A DNA stretch of 64,000 nt from Candidatus Avispirillum sp. (GTDB lineage: Bacteria; Bacillota; Clostridia; Oscillospirales; CAG-272), in contig JAZLKW010000062.1 in the NCBI GenBank assembly GCA_045597805.1, positions 112,004 to 176,003 of the forward strand, read 5' to 3'. Positions 23,493 through 33,004 of this stretch are shown in pieces (positions within the stretch are counted from its first letter, which is position 1; every line of letters begins with the position of its first letter). Under the pieces are notes generated by a model. It was not told the origin of the DNA and did not search any database. It saw nothing but the letters and a program-made list of their open reading frames with translations. A program made the position numbers and the translations under genes.

Positions 23493-26400
23493 TCAGATCC
23501 TCTCTGCGATATTCTTTATAAGGACCTCGATCACTCCGAAATCTCGTTTCAGGGACTGCGGAAGTGTCGGGACCCTGTTATACAGCAGATGGATGTAATC
23601 ATCCCACTGACCGCCGAAATCCAGGATCTCTACGGTGTATACCGAGCGTACCGATGGATTCCGGGGGATTTTGACACCGACGACACTGCCTTGCAGATGT
23701 ATGGTCGTATCACCGTGCATCAGCTCCAGTCGGATCGGTTCTCCCAATCGGAAGGCATCGGGCTCATCAAAGTATATCTTCATACTGTGTTCAGTCAGTT
23801 GTGTGGTGATCCCGCCGTATACGCGGCCATCCTTTTCACTTGTAACGATTTCCGCATCCTTGACCGTCACAGGCTCTCCGTCATGATCACGGCCGTCCAC
23901 AAGGCAGAGGGACATGAGGATGAAGTAGACGTCACGTGCGAGCCAGTACAGCACTGTAAGCAGACCGAGGCTGCGAGTGCGTATAAGCAGACTCGAAATG
24001 CGGATCACACCGAAGATACAGCAAAGCAGCAGTATCCAGAACGGGATCTTGTAGGAAAGATTCCGGGTCTTTTGCGCTGCGCCGGACTGCTTGTCAGTCA
24101 CCTTGAACGTCGACATGGAGACGCCGAAGGATTCAAGAAGGATCGGAATCAGGAGATACGGCATGACCGACATCTCCTGCACACCGCTCCATTTTGTAGA
24201 AAGCGTATTACCGCTGTACAGACGGAAGCAGAGATACTGTGCAGCGAACATCGGGAGCCAGAAAAGCAGCAGTTCCGAAAAGCTGCACATGAACAGAGGA
24301 ATACCCGCTACGGCAAAAAGAAGAGGTGAAAGGATGTATACAAGATTTTTGACCGGTGAGAACCAATAGGTCACGGAACTGATATAGCTGATCTTCTGAC
24401 GCAGGGACAGACCTTTCCGTTTGGAAATCTTCAGAGTCTTGGCTGTTCGGATGACACCGCGGCCCCAGCGGGTACGCTGTTTGACGTGTTCCGCAAAGGA
24501 CGTGGGAGCGAGTCCCGAGGCAAGCGGCTCGGAAAGTCCGAGGCTGATAAAGCCGGACGATTCGATCAGGAGCCCCGTTGCAAAGTCCTCCGTGATGGAT
24601 TCTGTGAAGAAGCCGCCGATCGCATCAAGTGCGTTTCTGCTCAGTATCGTATTGGAGCCGCCGTAAATTACTGTATTTACGGAGGTGCGGGCTGCCTCGA
24701 CTGTACGATAGAAGAAGTCCTGCTCATTGGGGATCCTGTTTTCGCAATAGAGGTTATGCTGGAATACATCGGGGTTATAGAAGCTCTGCGGTGTCTGCAG
24801 CAGACCGAGAGGCATACGGCTTCCTTCCGGGAGACGGCTGTTACGTTCTTCTGCATCAACAAAGTAGGGGATCGTTTTCAGCAGGAACTCCTCGCGCGGG
24901 ATCATATCCGCATCAAATGTGACTACATAAGGAGAGCTGCTCAGGGATAGCGCATGATTCAGATTACCGGCCTTGGCTCCCTTATTGTCGGGACGATCAA
25001 AGTAATTGACACCGAGCTCATTTGCAAGTTCCCGCATCTCGCTTCTGCGATTATCATCGCAAAGGTAGATATGCACCTTTGATTTGTCGGGGTATTGCAT
25101 TCGCAGGCAGCCGATCAGCGTCTTACGAAGCAGTTCTGTTGATTCGTTATAGGTAGAAACAAAGATATCTACGTCGGGATAACGCTCGTCCTCGATCTCG
25201 GGGAGCGGATAGGTGCGAAGACCGGACATGGACGAATAATGCACGAGTGATTCCCCGAATCCTGTGATTTCCACAAGAAGCAGGAGAATGCTGCAGGCTG
25301 CAGCGAGCCATCCGTATATGATCGGCAGTGTAGATACGATACGCCAGACCAGATAGTTCAGGGAAAAGAATGTCGATAAAACGAGGAAAATATTGCGTGA
25401 TTTGATTCTGGCGCCTGCCTTGTCCTTGTTCTGCGAAGGATCGCCGGTACGAGAAAGGAGATCGTCATATGTAAAATGCTTCTTTTTCCCGAGTCTCCGT
25501 GCAGTCAGTACGATACCGGAGATCAAGAGCAGAACCGCTGCACAGAATCCGGAAAGCACCGTCCATTCCAGCGCCGGTTTGGCTTTCAGCGTTTCGAAAA
25601 ATGTCGTATCCGATGCGGCACGTGAGACGGAATCTGCTCTGGCTTCGGCCAGAGGCATCCCGCAGAGGATATCTTTAGTATAGACGCCGTAGGAGGAAAG
25701 AGAGCTGTCGGACAGTGCCTCTTTGGCTGATGTCCGGGGCACGAACATGGCGGATCCTTCATCCTTGTCCGAAAGGCTCCAGACAGCGTAAGAGATGCCG
25801 TGCTTATTGAGAAGCGACATCCATTGTTCGCTCTGCTCATAGTCGATCCTGCCGTCACCGGTGTGTTCACAAAAGCCGCACTCCGTGATAAAAACGGGCA
25901 ATCCACTGTCCAGTGCATTTTCGAGTTCATCCCTCAGGGCATCACCGTGTGTGGCGGCATAGAAGTGCAGTGTATACAGAATATTTGACCAGCCTTCGAT
26001 CGGGCAGTCCACGGCAGAAACGAGATCTTTGTCATAATCCGGCGTACCGACTACGATCACCGCATCTTTGTTATGGCTCTTGATCACGGGGATCACGCAG
26101 GAGGCGTATCTGCGGACATCTGCCCAGGTAGCATCGCCGTTCGGTTCATTGCAGATCTCATATATGATGTTCGGAACATCGGCGTATTCTTCTGAGATTT
26201 GATCAAAAAAAGTGATCGCATCCGCCAGATCCTGATTCGGATCACCATGCTCCAGAATGTGCCAGTCCACCAGAACGTACATATCTGCGTCGATGGAAAA
26301 GCGGATCCCGCGCTCCATAAGCTTCAGATTCGCTTTTCGGTTTCCGCTGCAATAATCGTACGAATACATGGCGAGACGTACCAGGTTCACATCCCAGTCT

Positions 26401-26708
26401 TTGCTGATATGTGCAAACAGATCCTGATCCACGAAATCCGGATAATATGTAAGACCGTGTGTGCTTACACCCCGAAGGACAGCCGGCTTACCGTCTTCGC
26501 CCGTCAGCTGCGTTCCCTCAAGGTGCAGAAAGCCGGAGGTGGAAGGACGCGCTTTATCATCGGCAGTTTTTTCGGTGACCGCTGTATCTGCTGCAGTGAC
26601 TTCGGCCGCCTGTGCGATGACAGGAAGACAGCAGGTCAGCAGAAGGACAGACAACAGAACACTCAATGAGTGCCTGAAGGTTATATGCAAGGTTCCGGGT
26701 GATTTCAT
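23493..26708 (-). CDS. Fusion: secreted GH5 endoglucanase domain + BcsA-like processive GT2 beta-glycan (cellulose-type) synthase + C-terminal PilZ-position domain
   Basis: Signal peptide. GH5 catalytic motifs EICNEPNG and FITECG (aa ~60-325). GT2 motifs STYNES, YLCDD, TFDADM, QTPQSF, ITEDFATG and QRTRWGRG (aa ~510-755). Multiple TM helices. C-terminal ~130 aa beta-rich domain. Confidence 0.8.
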   Translation of the reverse strand: MKSPGTLHITFRHSLSVLLSVLLLTCCLPVIAQAAEVTAADTAVTEKTADDKARPSTSGFLHLEGTQLTGEDGKPAVLRGVSTHGLTYYPDFVDQDLFAHISKDWDVNLVRLAMYSYDYCSGNRKANLKLMERGIRFSIDADMYVLVDWHILEHGDPNQDLADAITFFDQISEEYADVPNIIYEICNEPNGDATWADVRRYASCVIPVIKSHNKDAVIVVGTPDYDKDLVSAVDCPIEGWSNILYTLHFYAATHGDALRDELENALDSGLPVFITECGFCEHTGDGRIDYEQSEQWMSLLNKHGISYAVWSLSDKDEGSAMFVPRTSAKEALSDSSLSSYGVYTKDILCGMPLAEARADSVSRAASDTTFFETLKAKPALEWTVLSGFCAAVLLLISGIVLTARRLGKKKHFTYDDLLSRTGDPSQNKDKAGARIKSRNIFLVLSTFFSLNYLVWRIVSTLPIIYGWLAAACSILLLLVEITGFGESLVHYSSMSGLRTYPLPEIEDERYPDVDIFVSTYNESTELLRKTLIGCLRMQYPDKSKVHIYLCDDNRRSEMRELANELGVNYFDRPDNKGAKAGNLNHALSLSSSPYVVTFDADMIPREEFLLKTIPYFVDAEERNSRLPEGSRMPLGLLQTPQSFYNPDVFQHNLYCENRIPNEQDFFYRTVEAARTSVNTVIYGGSNTILSRNALDAIGGFFTESITEDFATGLLIESSGFISLGLSEPLASGLAPTSFAEHVKQRTRWGRGVIRTAKTLKISKRKGLSLRQKISYISSVTYWFSPVKNLVYILSPLLFAVAGIPLFMCSFSELLLFWLPMFAAQYLCFRLYSGNTLSTKWSGVQEMSVMPYLLIPILLESFGVSMSTFKVTDKQSGAAQKTRNLSYKIPFWILLLCCIFGVIRISSLLIRTRSLGLLTVLYWLARDVYFILMSLCLVDGRDHDGEPVTVKDAEIVTSEKDGRVYGGITTQLTEHSMKIYFDEPDAFRLGEPIRLELMHGDTTIHLQGSVVGVKIPRNPSVRSVYTVEILDFGGQWDDYIHLLYNRVPTLPQSLKRDFGVIEVLIKNIAERI

Positions 26709-26887
26709 AATGGAAGTTCCTTTTTTATGGGAGATGTTTGCAATTTTGGCTCATATGAGAGCTTCATTACGAGGATCCGGGCTCTGATGTACGGCAGATG
26801 TTCCCCGCCTCATAGTTCATATCTCCGCGAATTCCTGTCTTGTACGGTAATTATCTATACGAACAGTTAATGCCTGATACTGCTGCC

Positions 26888-26916
26888 ATTGTAACATATT
26901 TCGACCAAAAAAGCAA
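26888..26916 (-). promoter_or_regulatory. Candidate promoter for the GH5-synthase gene (leaves a ~170-nt leader)
   Basis: On the minus strand: TTGCTT, 17-nt spacer ending in TG, TACAAT. Confidence 0.45.
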
Positions 26917-26988
26917 TAATTTGTTATATTTTAGATATAATATTACACTTTCCGTTCTGCAGAAGGGTATCTCACTATTCAGTGATAT

Positions 26989-27537
26989 TCACTTCCCTCT
27001 TGCGAGGAGAAGCGCTCCGTTTTCACGGAGCCATTTATTATGTGTACGGTAATCGGGAAAGGCGTCTTCGACGAGGGCATAGAAGCGTTTCGAGTGGTTC
27101 ATTTCCTTACGGTGGCAGAGCTCATGGACCACCACGCTGTCGAGGACCTCACTCGGGGCGAGCATGAGCAGATAATTAAAGCTGAGGTTTCCTTTTGAAC
27201 TGCAGCTTCCCCATCTGGTTTTCTGACGGCGTACGGTTATCCTTCCGTACGTCACGCCGACTATAGGAGCGTAATATGCCACACGATCCGGTATTGTCTC
27301 TTTTGCTCTGTTTATCAGCTCGTTTTTCTCCCTCTCGGTGAGGGGCTTTTCTTTTTCCAGCGCTTCGCGGCGTGAATTATCCTTTGCCAGTTTCGCTTCT
27401 ATCCATGCCGTATGCTTTTCGATGAATGCTGAAATCTCCCTTTCGGTGGCTCTGATGGGAGCGCGGACGAGCACCTCCCCGTTTTTCACCTCGAGAGACA
27501 TGGTCTTTCTCTTGCTTTTAATTACTGTTATGTCCAT
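26989..27537 (-). CDS. YgjP-like (DUF45/M48-like) zinc metallohydrolase
   Basis: HELCHRKEMNH (HExxH) motif. The start is moved to ATG 27537 (MDITVIKSKRKT), after AAGAGG. Confidence 0.75.
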   Translation of the reverse strand: MDITVIKSKRKTMSLEVKNGEVLVRAPIRATEREISAFIEKHTAWIEAKLAKDNSRREALEKEKPLTEREKNELINRAKETIPDRVAYYAPIVGVTYGRITVRRQKTRWGSCSSKGNLSFNYLLMLAPSEVLDSVVVHELCHRKEMNHSKRFYALVEDAFPDYRTHNKWLRENGALLLARGK

Positions 27538-27716
27538 ATATGCCTCTTTCTTTCCGCCAATTATACCATTTTTTCGCGGTTTTTTCAATAATTGCTTGCA
27601 TTTTGCGGCAGGTTATGGTATCATCATGGCATCGGGTGAGCACCTACCGTCAGAGCAGCGCCGCGGCGCGTTCTGTGTAAGGCTTTTGCCCGTTTTTTCT
27701 TTTTCCGGAGGTTTTT

Positions 27717-28139
27717 ATGATGATGTATCTTCCCGTGGCGCTGGTGGTTTTATCCAACGTCTTTTACCACATCTGCTCGAAGTCCACGCCTGCGTCGGTC
27801 TCTCCTTTCGCTTCGCTTACGGTGACTTATCTTGTGGGCGCCGTATTTTCCGCGGTCCTTTATTTCTTCACTGCCAAAGGCGGTGATTTCATCACCGAGA
27901 TGAAAAATCTCAACTGGAGTGCTTTTGTGCTGGGGATAGCCATAGTGGGACTTGAGACGGGCTTCATATACATGTACAAGATGGGCTGGAACATGAGTGT
28001 GGGGCAGTTCACCGCCAGTGTGGCTCTCGCTGTATGTCTCATTTTCGTCGGGGCTTTTCTCTACCGTGAGCACATCACCGTTTCCAAGGTCGCGGGTGTC
28101 GCTATCTGCTGTGTGGGTCTCTTTTTCATGAATAAGTGA
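27717..28139 (+). CDS. Small EamA/DMT-like membrane transporter (half-size)
   Basis: 140 aa with 4-5 hydrophobic helices. GGAGG SD. Confidence 0.5.
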   Translation: MMMYLPVALVVLSNVFYHICSKSTPASVSPFASLTVTYLVGAVFSAVLYFFTAKGGDFITEMKNLNWSAFVLGIAIVGLETGFIYMYKMGWNMSVGQFTASVALAVCLIFVGAFLYREHITVSKVAGVAICCVGLFFMNK

Positions 28140-28168
28140 TTGAAATTAACCTGACAGTGTGATATAAT
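28140..28168 (+). promoter_or_regulatory. Sigma-70-type promoter for the ECF-S/amidohydrolase pair
   Basis: TTGAAA (28140-28145), 17-nt spacer, TATAAT (28163-28168). Confidence 0.65.
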
Positions 28169-28174
28169 CCAAAC

Positions 28175-28289
28175 ATCCGTTATTTTGCTTTGATCACTTT
28201 GCGGTGCAAAGCAATCAACGCCGATTTATCAGGCGACCTTATCCACGGCAGAGTGGATCCCCTTTCCCCGCGCGGTTTCCGGAGGTATT
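28175..28289 (+). promoter_or_regulatory. Structured ~115-nt leader (three hairpins) upstream of the ECF S-component; candidate riboswitch or attenuator of unknown class
   Basis: Hairpins TTGCTTTG...CAAAGCAA, CGCC...GGCG and ATCCAC-GGCAGA-GTGGAT, then a C-rich tract next to the GGAGG SD. Confidence 0.3.
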
Positions 28290-28826
28290 ATGAAAAAGAA
28301 CGATCTGCGTAATATGCTTTTTGCGGCCATGTTTCTCGCAATTGCTTTGGTGCTTCCCTTTGTTACGGGTCAGCTCAAGCAGCTCGGGAATATGCTGTGT
28401 CCCATGCATCTGCCTGTCCTTTTGTGCGGATTTTTCTGCGGTCCCTTATACGGTGCCGTAGTGGGATTCGCGGCGCCTATACTGCGGTTCCTTTTATTCG
28501 GTATGCCTGTGCTCGTTCCCTCCGGCATTTCCATGAGCCTTGAGCTTCTCACCTACGGGCTTGTTTCGGGGCTTTTATACAGAGCTCTGCCGAAAAAGAA
28601 ACCTTTCATCTACGTTTCCCTCATCTGCGCCATGCTCGCAGGCAGGGTCATATGGGGTGCTGCCCGTGCCGTGTTCTACGGGCTCGGAAAGGCCGATTTC
28701 GGCGTCGCCGCTTTTGTTTCCGGAGCGTTTCTGAACGCCGTACCGGGTATCGTATTACAAATCATTTTAATACCCATCCTCGTGATGGCTCTTGAAAGGT
28801 ATTTCCACAAAGATGAAAGACTTTGA
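28290..28826 (+). CDS. ECF-transporter substrate-specific (S) component, ThiW-like
   Basis: 178 aa, about six TM helices. The blocks CPMHLPVLLCGFFCGPLYG and GLVSGLLYR resemble ThiW-type S components from memory. Substrate unknown. Confidence 0.6.
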   Translation: MKKNDLRNMLFAAMFLAIALVLPFVTGQLKQLGNMLCPMHLPVLLCGFFCGPLYGAVVGFAAPILRFLLFGMPVLVPSGISMSLELLTYGLVSGLLYRALPKKKPFIYVSLICAMLAGRVIWGAARAVFYGLGKADFGVAAFVSGAFLNAVPGIVLQIILIPILVMALERYFHKDERL

Positions 28827-29598
28827 AATTATTGATTTCCACACGCATCCCTTTATAAACAGGGACGAAAACATATGTAATCACATTGACAACTGCGATA
28901 TGTCCGTGGAAAACACGAAGCGCGATATGCTTTCCATCGGAATATCGAAGATATGCGGATGTGTGGTATCCATGAGTCATCAGGTGAAGAGCTTTGATGA
29001 CGTGCGGTATTTCAACGATCAGGCGCTGAAGCTTCGTGAGATTTACGGCGATTTCTACTATCCCGGATTCCACGTGCACCCTGCGTACGTGAAGGAATCC
29101 CTTGAAGAGATCGAGCGCTTCAACAGTCTCGGTTTCAAGATGGTAGGCGAGATCGTCCCCTATATGCAGGGCTGGGAGGACTATTCCTGCAAGGGATTTT
29201 ACGAGATCGTAGAGCTTATTGAGCATTACGGCATGGTCCTTTCACTGCACTCTATCCTTGAGCGTGAGGAGGATATGGACCGTCTTGTGCGAGATCACAA
29301 GAATCTGACCATCGTGGCGGCGCATCCCGGCGAATACTGGCAGTTCGAACGCCATATGCAGAGGATGGGGATGAGCGAGAATTACTGCATCGACGTTTCC
29401 GGCTACGGCATTTTCCGTCACGGTATGGTACGTCACGCAATAGATCTGTACGGTGCGGACCGTATCCTTTTCGGCTCAGACTATCCCACCTGCAACCCCG
29501 CCATGTACATCGGCGGCATCCGTGACGATTTCCTGCTGACGGACGACGAAAAAGAAAAGATCCTCGCGGGGAACGCGAAGAGACTGCTGAATATATAA
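28813..29598 (+). CDS. Amidohydrolase-superfamily (TIM-barrel metal-dependent hydrolase) protein
   Basis: IIDFHTHPF metal-binding start and C-terminal FGSDYP. ATG 28813 overlaps the S-component gene by 14 nt. Confidence 0.7.
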   Translation: MKDFEIIDFHTHPFINRDENICNHIDNCDMSVENTKRDMLSIGISKICGCVVSMSHQVKSFDDVRYFNDQALKLREIYGDFYYPGFHVHPAYVKESLEEIERFNSLGFKMVGEIVPYMQGWEDYSCKGFYEIVELIEHYGMVLSLHSILEREEDMDRLVRDHKNLTIVAAHPGEYWQFERHMQRMGMSENYCIDVSGYGIFRHGMVRHAIDLYGADRILFGSDYPTCNPAMYIGGIRDDFLLTDDEKEKILAGNAKRLLNI

Positions 29599-29604
29599 AA
29601 CAGA

Positions 29605-29648
29605 CTGGCGCCGAGTGTCCGTGCAGACACTGGGCGCCAGCTTTTTTA
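29605..29648. terminator. Bidirectional terminator
   Basis: 15-bp stem CTGGCGCCGAGTGTC/GACACTGGGCGCCAG with one mismatch, followed by TTTTTT. Confidence 0.8.
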
Positions 29649-29654
29649 TATTTT

Positions 29655-30299
29655 TTATTTCAATTCCAGGTGCTCGCAGTTGAGGAACGCCTGGGCGGTG
29701 AGAGTACTGGTGACGGGAATGTCGGCCGTCGCTCCGCATCTTTCGCATTTCACGCAGACGCCGTCTCCCGTGACGTCCACGGAATAGAGCCCCTCGTCCT
29801 TTTCGCACTTACAGGTGATCTCGCCGGATTCATCCAGATCGCGTATTACGAAATTAACGATTTCCAGTATCTGCGGATCGGTAAAGACGGGGTCTACCTC
29901 CTCCTTTTTCGTGCCGAAGAAGTCCTCACAGCCCGCTTCTTCCAGAAGGGATGAAAGCTCCTCGTCGGATGCCTTCGTCGCCTCGGCGACCTTATCTTTA
30001 TCTCCTATAAAGCACAGGTCAACCGCGGAATAGGGGCACTGCAGGGCGAAAAGCTCTTTGGAGAAAAATATCTGAGGGGTAAGCGTATAGGAATGAGGGT
30101 TGGGGCATACGAAGCAGGGGGCGGTCATTCTGACCTTTTTATCCTTGCCATACACTATATCCATTTCACCGCCGCCGCACGGACATTTCAGTCTGAGCAT
30201 ATCGGCGGACAGGGAAAAAACGCCCGCTATCCCCGTGACCCAACTGCCGCATCCGGGGCATCTGTAAGCTACGGTGGTTTCTTTATTTTCTATCACCAT
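29655..30299 (-). CDS. Hypothetical Cys-rich (multiple zinc-ribbon-like CxxC pairs) cytoplasmic protein
   Basis: 214 aa with AAGGAG SD. Cys pairs: CPGCG...CPCGG, CFVCPNPH and CKCE...CVKCERCG. Confidence 0.5.
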   Translation of the reverse strand: MVIENKETTVAYRCPGCGSWVTGIAGVFSLSADMLRLKCPCGGGEMDIVYGKDKKVRMTAPCFVCPNPHSYTLTPQIFFSKELFALQCPYSAVDLCFIGDKDKVAEATKASDEELSSLLEEAGCEDFFGTKKEEVDPVFTDPQILEIVNFVIRDLDESGEITCKCEKDEGLYSVDVTGDGVCVKCERCGATADIPVTSTLTAQAFLNCEHLELK

Positions 30300-30455
30300 A
30301 AATACTCCTTTTGGGATTTAATTTATCTCGTTCACTTCGCTATTATACCACCTTCCCGTCCTTTTGGCAATATTTCTGCCGATAAAAGCTCAATTGCTTG
30401 AAAAACGTGAAATTGTATGGTAGAATAAGGTATCCTTTACTGTGAGGTTTCAGAT

Positions 30456-32990
30456 ATGACTTTAAGAGAAAAGATCGAAAAGCTGCTTGGCGAGATCGAA
30501 GCACTTGATTCTTCCGATATTGCGGACAAAAGATTGCCGCAGAACACCTTTTATCTAAACGAGAACGACATTCTGTGCTGTGAGCGTGAGGTTGGCGAAT
30601 CCCGCTACCCCTACGATGCGGACGGTCTGGTAGTCTGGGCTCATTCCTCGGGCTATATCGATGCCTGCGAGTCCACGTTCTCCGTTTTTAAGACCGCCCA
30701 CTATGCCGAAGACCCCTCTATCGGATTTTTCGCCGGTATCCCTCTTGACAACGGCGATTTTTACCCCATTTCCGTTCTGGGCTCCTCCCGTCAGCTCTTC
30801 GAGCCTCTTGACGTGAGAAGATACGTTGTTTATTCCTTCAGATGTGCCTATTATATCGCCGACACCGACAGCGTGACCTTTGCGGTCAGACTACACGTCA
30901 GCGCCGACAAGCATATACATTTCGCTTTCTGTGCCCTGAACAAGACCGCGGAGACAGTTCCCTTCTACATGGCTTCCTCAGTTGAGGCGATACTGCGCTT
31001 CCAGGAATCTGAAGACTTCTGGTGCAGGATGTCCAAATTCGGCAAGAGATACCCCGAAGGTAACGCTATGCTCCGTTCCGGTGAGAACGACTGTCTCGTT
31101 ATTAACTTTGCCGCCGACGGCGGTGAGGTCTGCGGCGAATACCGCTCCATGGCAAAATCCGATCTTCTCGGCGCCCGCGGACGTCAGCTGACCAATGCGG
31201 AAGCGCTCCGCTCCGGTGTGCTTACACGGCAGCAGAAATCCGTCAACACCACGGAGATCCCCATGGCATCCGAGATCATACACTACGAGCTGGGTGCGGG
31301 AGAGATGGTACGCCGTGAGTTCGATCTTTCGTATTACCACGACATAAAGGACGCCGAGGCGGCTGTGGGTGCTTTTATTGACGTTCCCGCCATCGACGAA
31401 GCTTTAATTCTCGCAGAGAAGGATGAGCTTGCGAAGTTCGAGACCATGAAGGTGGAGTTTTCCGACTGGTCCGGCTCGCTCAACGCGAAGGTGCTGGGCA
31501 AGTTCGTCCGCAACGTACAGAAGCAGGTATCATTCTGCGCTTTGGGCAAAAACTACGCCGGCCCTCACATCGGCATCCGCGATGTTATGCAGCAGCTTGA
31601 ATCCTCGCTTATATGGCAGCCCCGGGAGAGCCGCGAGAAGATCATCACCGCCCTCAATTTCATCATGGAGAACGGCAGACCTCCCCGCCAGTTCTCGCTT
31701 CCCGCAACGCCCGAGATGATCCCCGATATGGACCTGCGTATGTACATTGACCAGGGTGTATGGATAGTCTCGACTATCTATACTTACCTTTCCTACACGG
31801 ACGACTGGTCCATCCTCGACGAGGAATGCTCATACTACGTGCCTTCGGATGACAACACATACATTGTAAGAAAGAGCGACGTGCGCGACACGGTGCTCGA
31901 CCATATGCTGAAGATCATGGACTATCTCGCGTCCAATCTCGATCCCGACACGGGATGTCTCCACGCGCTGTACGGCGACTGGAACGACGCCATCGACGGC
32001 TTGGGCAGAACGAAGGACGAAGGAAAGACCTTCGGCACGGGCGTGACGGTCATGGCTTCCCTGCAGTTCTACCGCAACTGCTTCGAGATGGCCGATATCC
32101 TCTCCCATATCGGAAAGCATGAGGAAAAGCTTCCCCTTTATGAGAAGTACAGACAGGGCATTGAGGCCGGCCTCATGAAATACGGCATCGACAAAAACGG
32201 CGCGGGTGAGCGCCGCATAATCCACGGGTGGGGCGACAAGATGGCATACCGTCTGGGCTCCTACAACGATCCCGACGGAAAGGCGCGCCGCAGCACCACC
32301 TCCAACGCTTTCTGGGTACTTTCCGGCATGATAGACCGTGACGTGACCTTAAAGGATTCCATTCTCGGCAATTTCACGGCGGTCAAATCGAAATACGGTC
32401 TTATGACCTTCGACGAGCCCTTTACGCCCGATATGCGCCCCGTGGCGGGCCGTATCAGCGGCATCACCCCCGGCACCTATGAGAACGCCGCGGCGTACGT
32501 TCACGCAAGCATGTTCGCCATCATGGCGCTGTTCTCCATGGGTGAGGGCAGGTTCGCGTGGGAGGAGCTGGAAAAATCCGCCGTCATTTCCCACAAGAAC
32601 TGCACCATGACCTCCTTTGCCATGCCCAACTCCTACTGCCGTACCGACGTTTACGAGATCGACGGCGATTCCATGGGCGACTGGTACACGGGAAGCGGAA
32701 CGGTGCTCATAAAGGCTATCATAAAATTCGGCTTCGGTATTTCTCCCGACCTTGACGGTCTGACCGTACAGACGCCCGCCGTCATGCCCTGCCGCGACGC
32801 GAAACTTTCCATCGTAGTCAAGGGACACCCGGTGACCGTGGTATATAAGAACACGGGCAAGGGAAAACGCAGCTTCTCCGTTGACGGCGAGGCTATCGCG
32901 GGCAAGTACTGCGACCTTATGAAGACCGAAAAGCTCTTTATCGCAAAAGAAGACATTCACGACGGAATGGTGATTTCCGTTACCGACTGA
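30456..32990 (+). CDS. (alpha/alpha)6-barrel glycoside phosphorylase/hydrolase, GH94-like (cellobiose/cellodextrin-phosphorylase-like)
   Basis: 844 aa with no signal peptide. The GDWNDAIDG block resembles the catalytic-Asp region of GH94-type phosphorylases. The size also fits. Confidence 0.5.
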   Translation: MTLREKIEKLLGEIEALDSSDIADKRLPQNTFYLNENDILCCEREVGESRYPYDADGLVVWAHSSGYIDACESTFSVFKTAHYAEDPSIGFFAGIPLDNGDFYPISVLGSSRQLFEPLDVRRYVVYSFRCAYYIADTDSVTFAVRLHVSADKHIHFAFCALNKTAETVPFYMASSVEAILRFQESEDFWCRMSKFGKRYPEGNAMLRSGENDCLVINFAADGGEVCGEYRSMAKSDLLGARGRQLTNAEALRSGVLTRQQKSVNTTEIPMASEIIHYELGAGEMVRREFDLSYYHDIKDAEAAVGAFIDVPAIDEALILAEKDELAKFETMKVEFSDWSGSLNAKVLGKFVRNVQKQVSFCALGKNYAGPHIGIRDVMQQLESSLIWQPRESREKIITALNFIMENGRPPRQFSLPATPEMIPDMDLRMYIDQGVWIVSTIYTYLSYTDDWSILDEECSYYVPSDDNTYIVRKSDVRDTVLDHMLKIMDYLASNLDPDTGCLHALYGDWNDAIDGLGRTKDEGKTFGTGVTVMASLQFYRNCFEMADILSHIGKHEEKLPLYEKYRQGIEAGLMKYGIDKNGAGERRIIHGWGDKMAYRLGSYNDPDGKARRSTTSNAFWVLSGMIDRDVTLKDSILGNFTAVKSKYGLMTFDEPFTPDMRPVAGRISGITPGTYENAAAYVHASMFAIMALFSMGEGRFAWEELEKSAVISHKNCTMTSFAMPNSYCRTDVYEIDGDSMGDWYTGSGTVLIKAIIKFGFGISPDLDGLTVQTPAVMPCRDAKLSIVVKGHPVTVVYKNTGKGKRSFSVDGEAIAGKYCDLMKTEKLFIAKEDIHDGMVISVTD

Positions 32991-33004
32991 TTAAAAGCGC
33001 ATTA

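Noticed and set aside
28175-28289. A known riboswitch (TPP, preQ1, THF, FMN or cobalamin) upstream of the ECF S-component.
   Set aside because: None of the conserved cores I remember for these classes is present. It is kept only as an unclassified structured leader.
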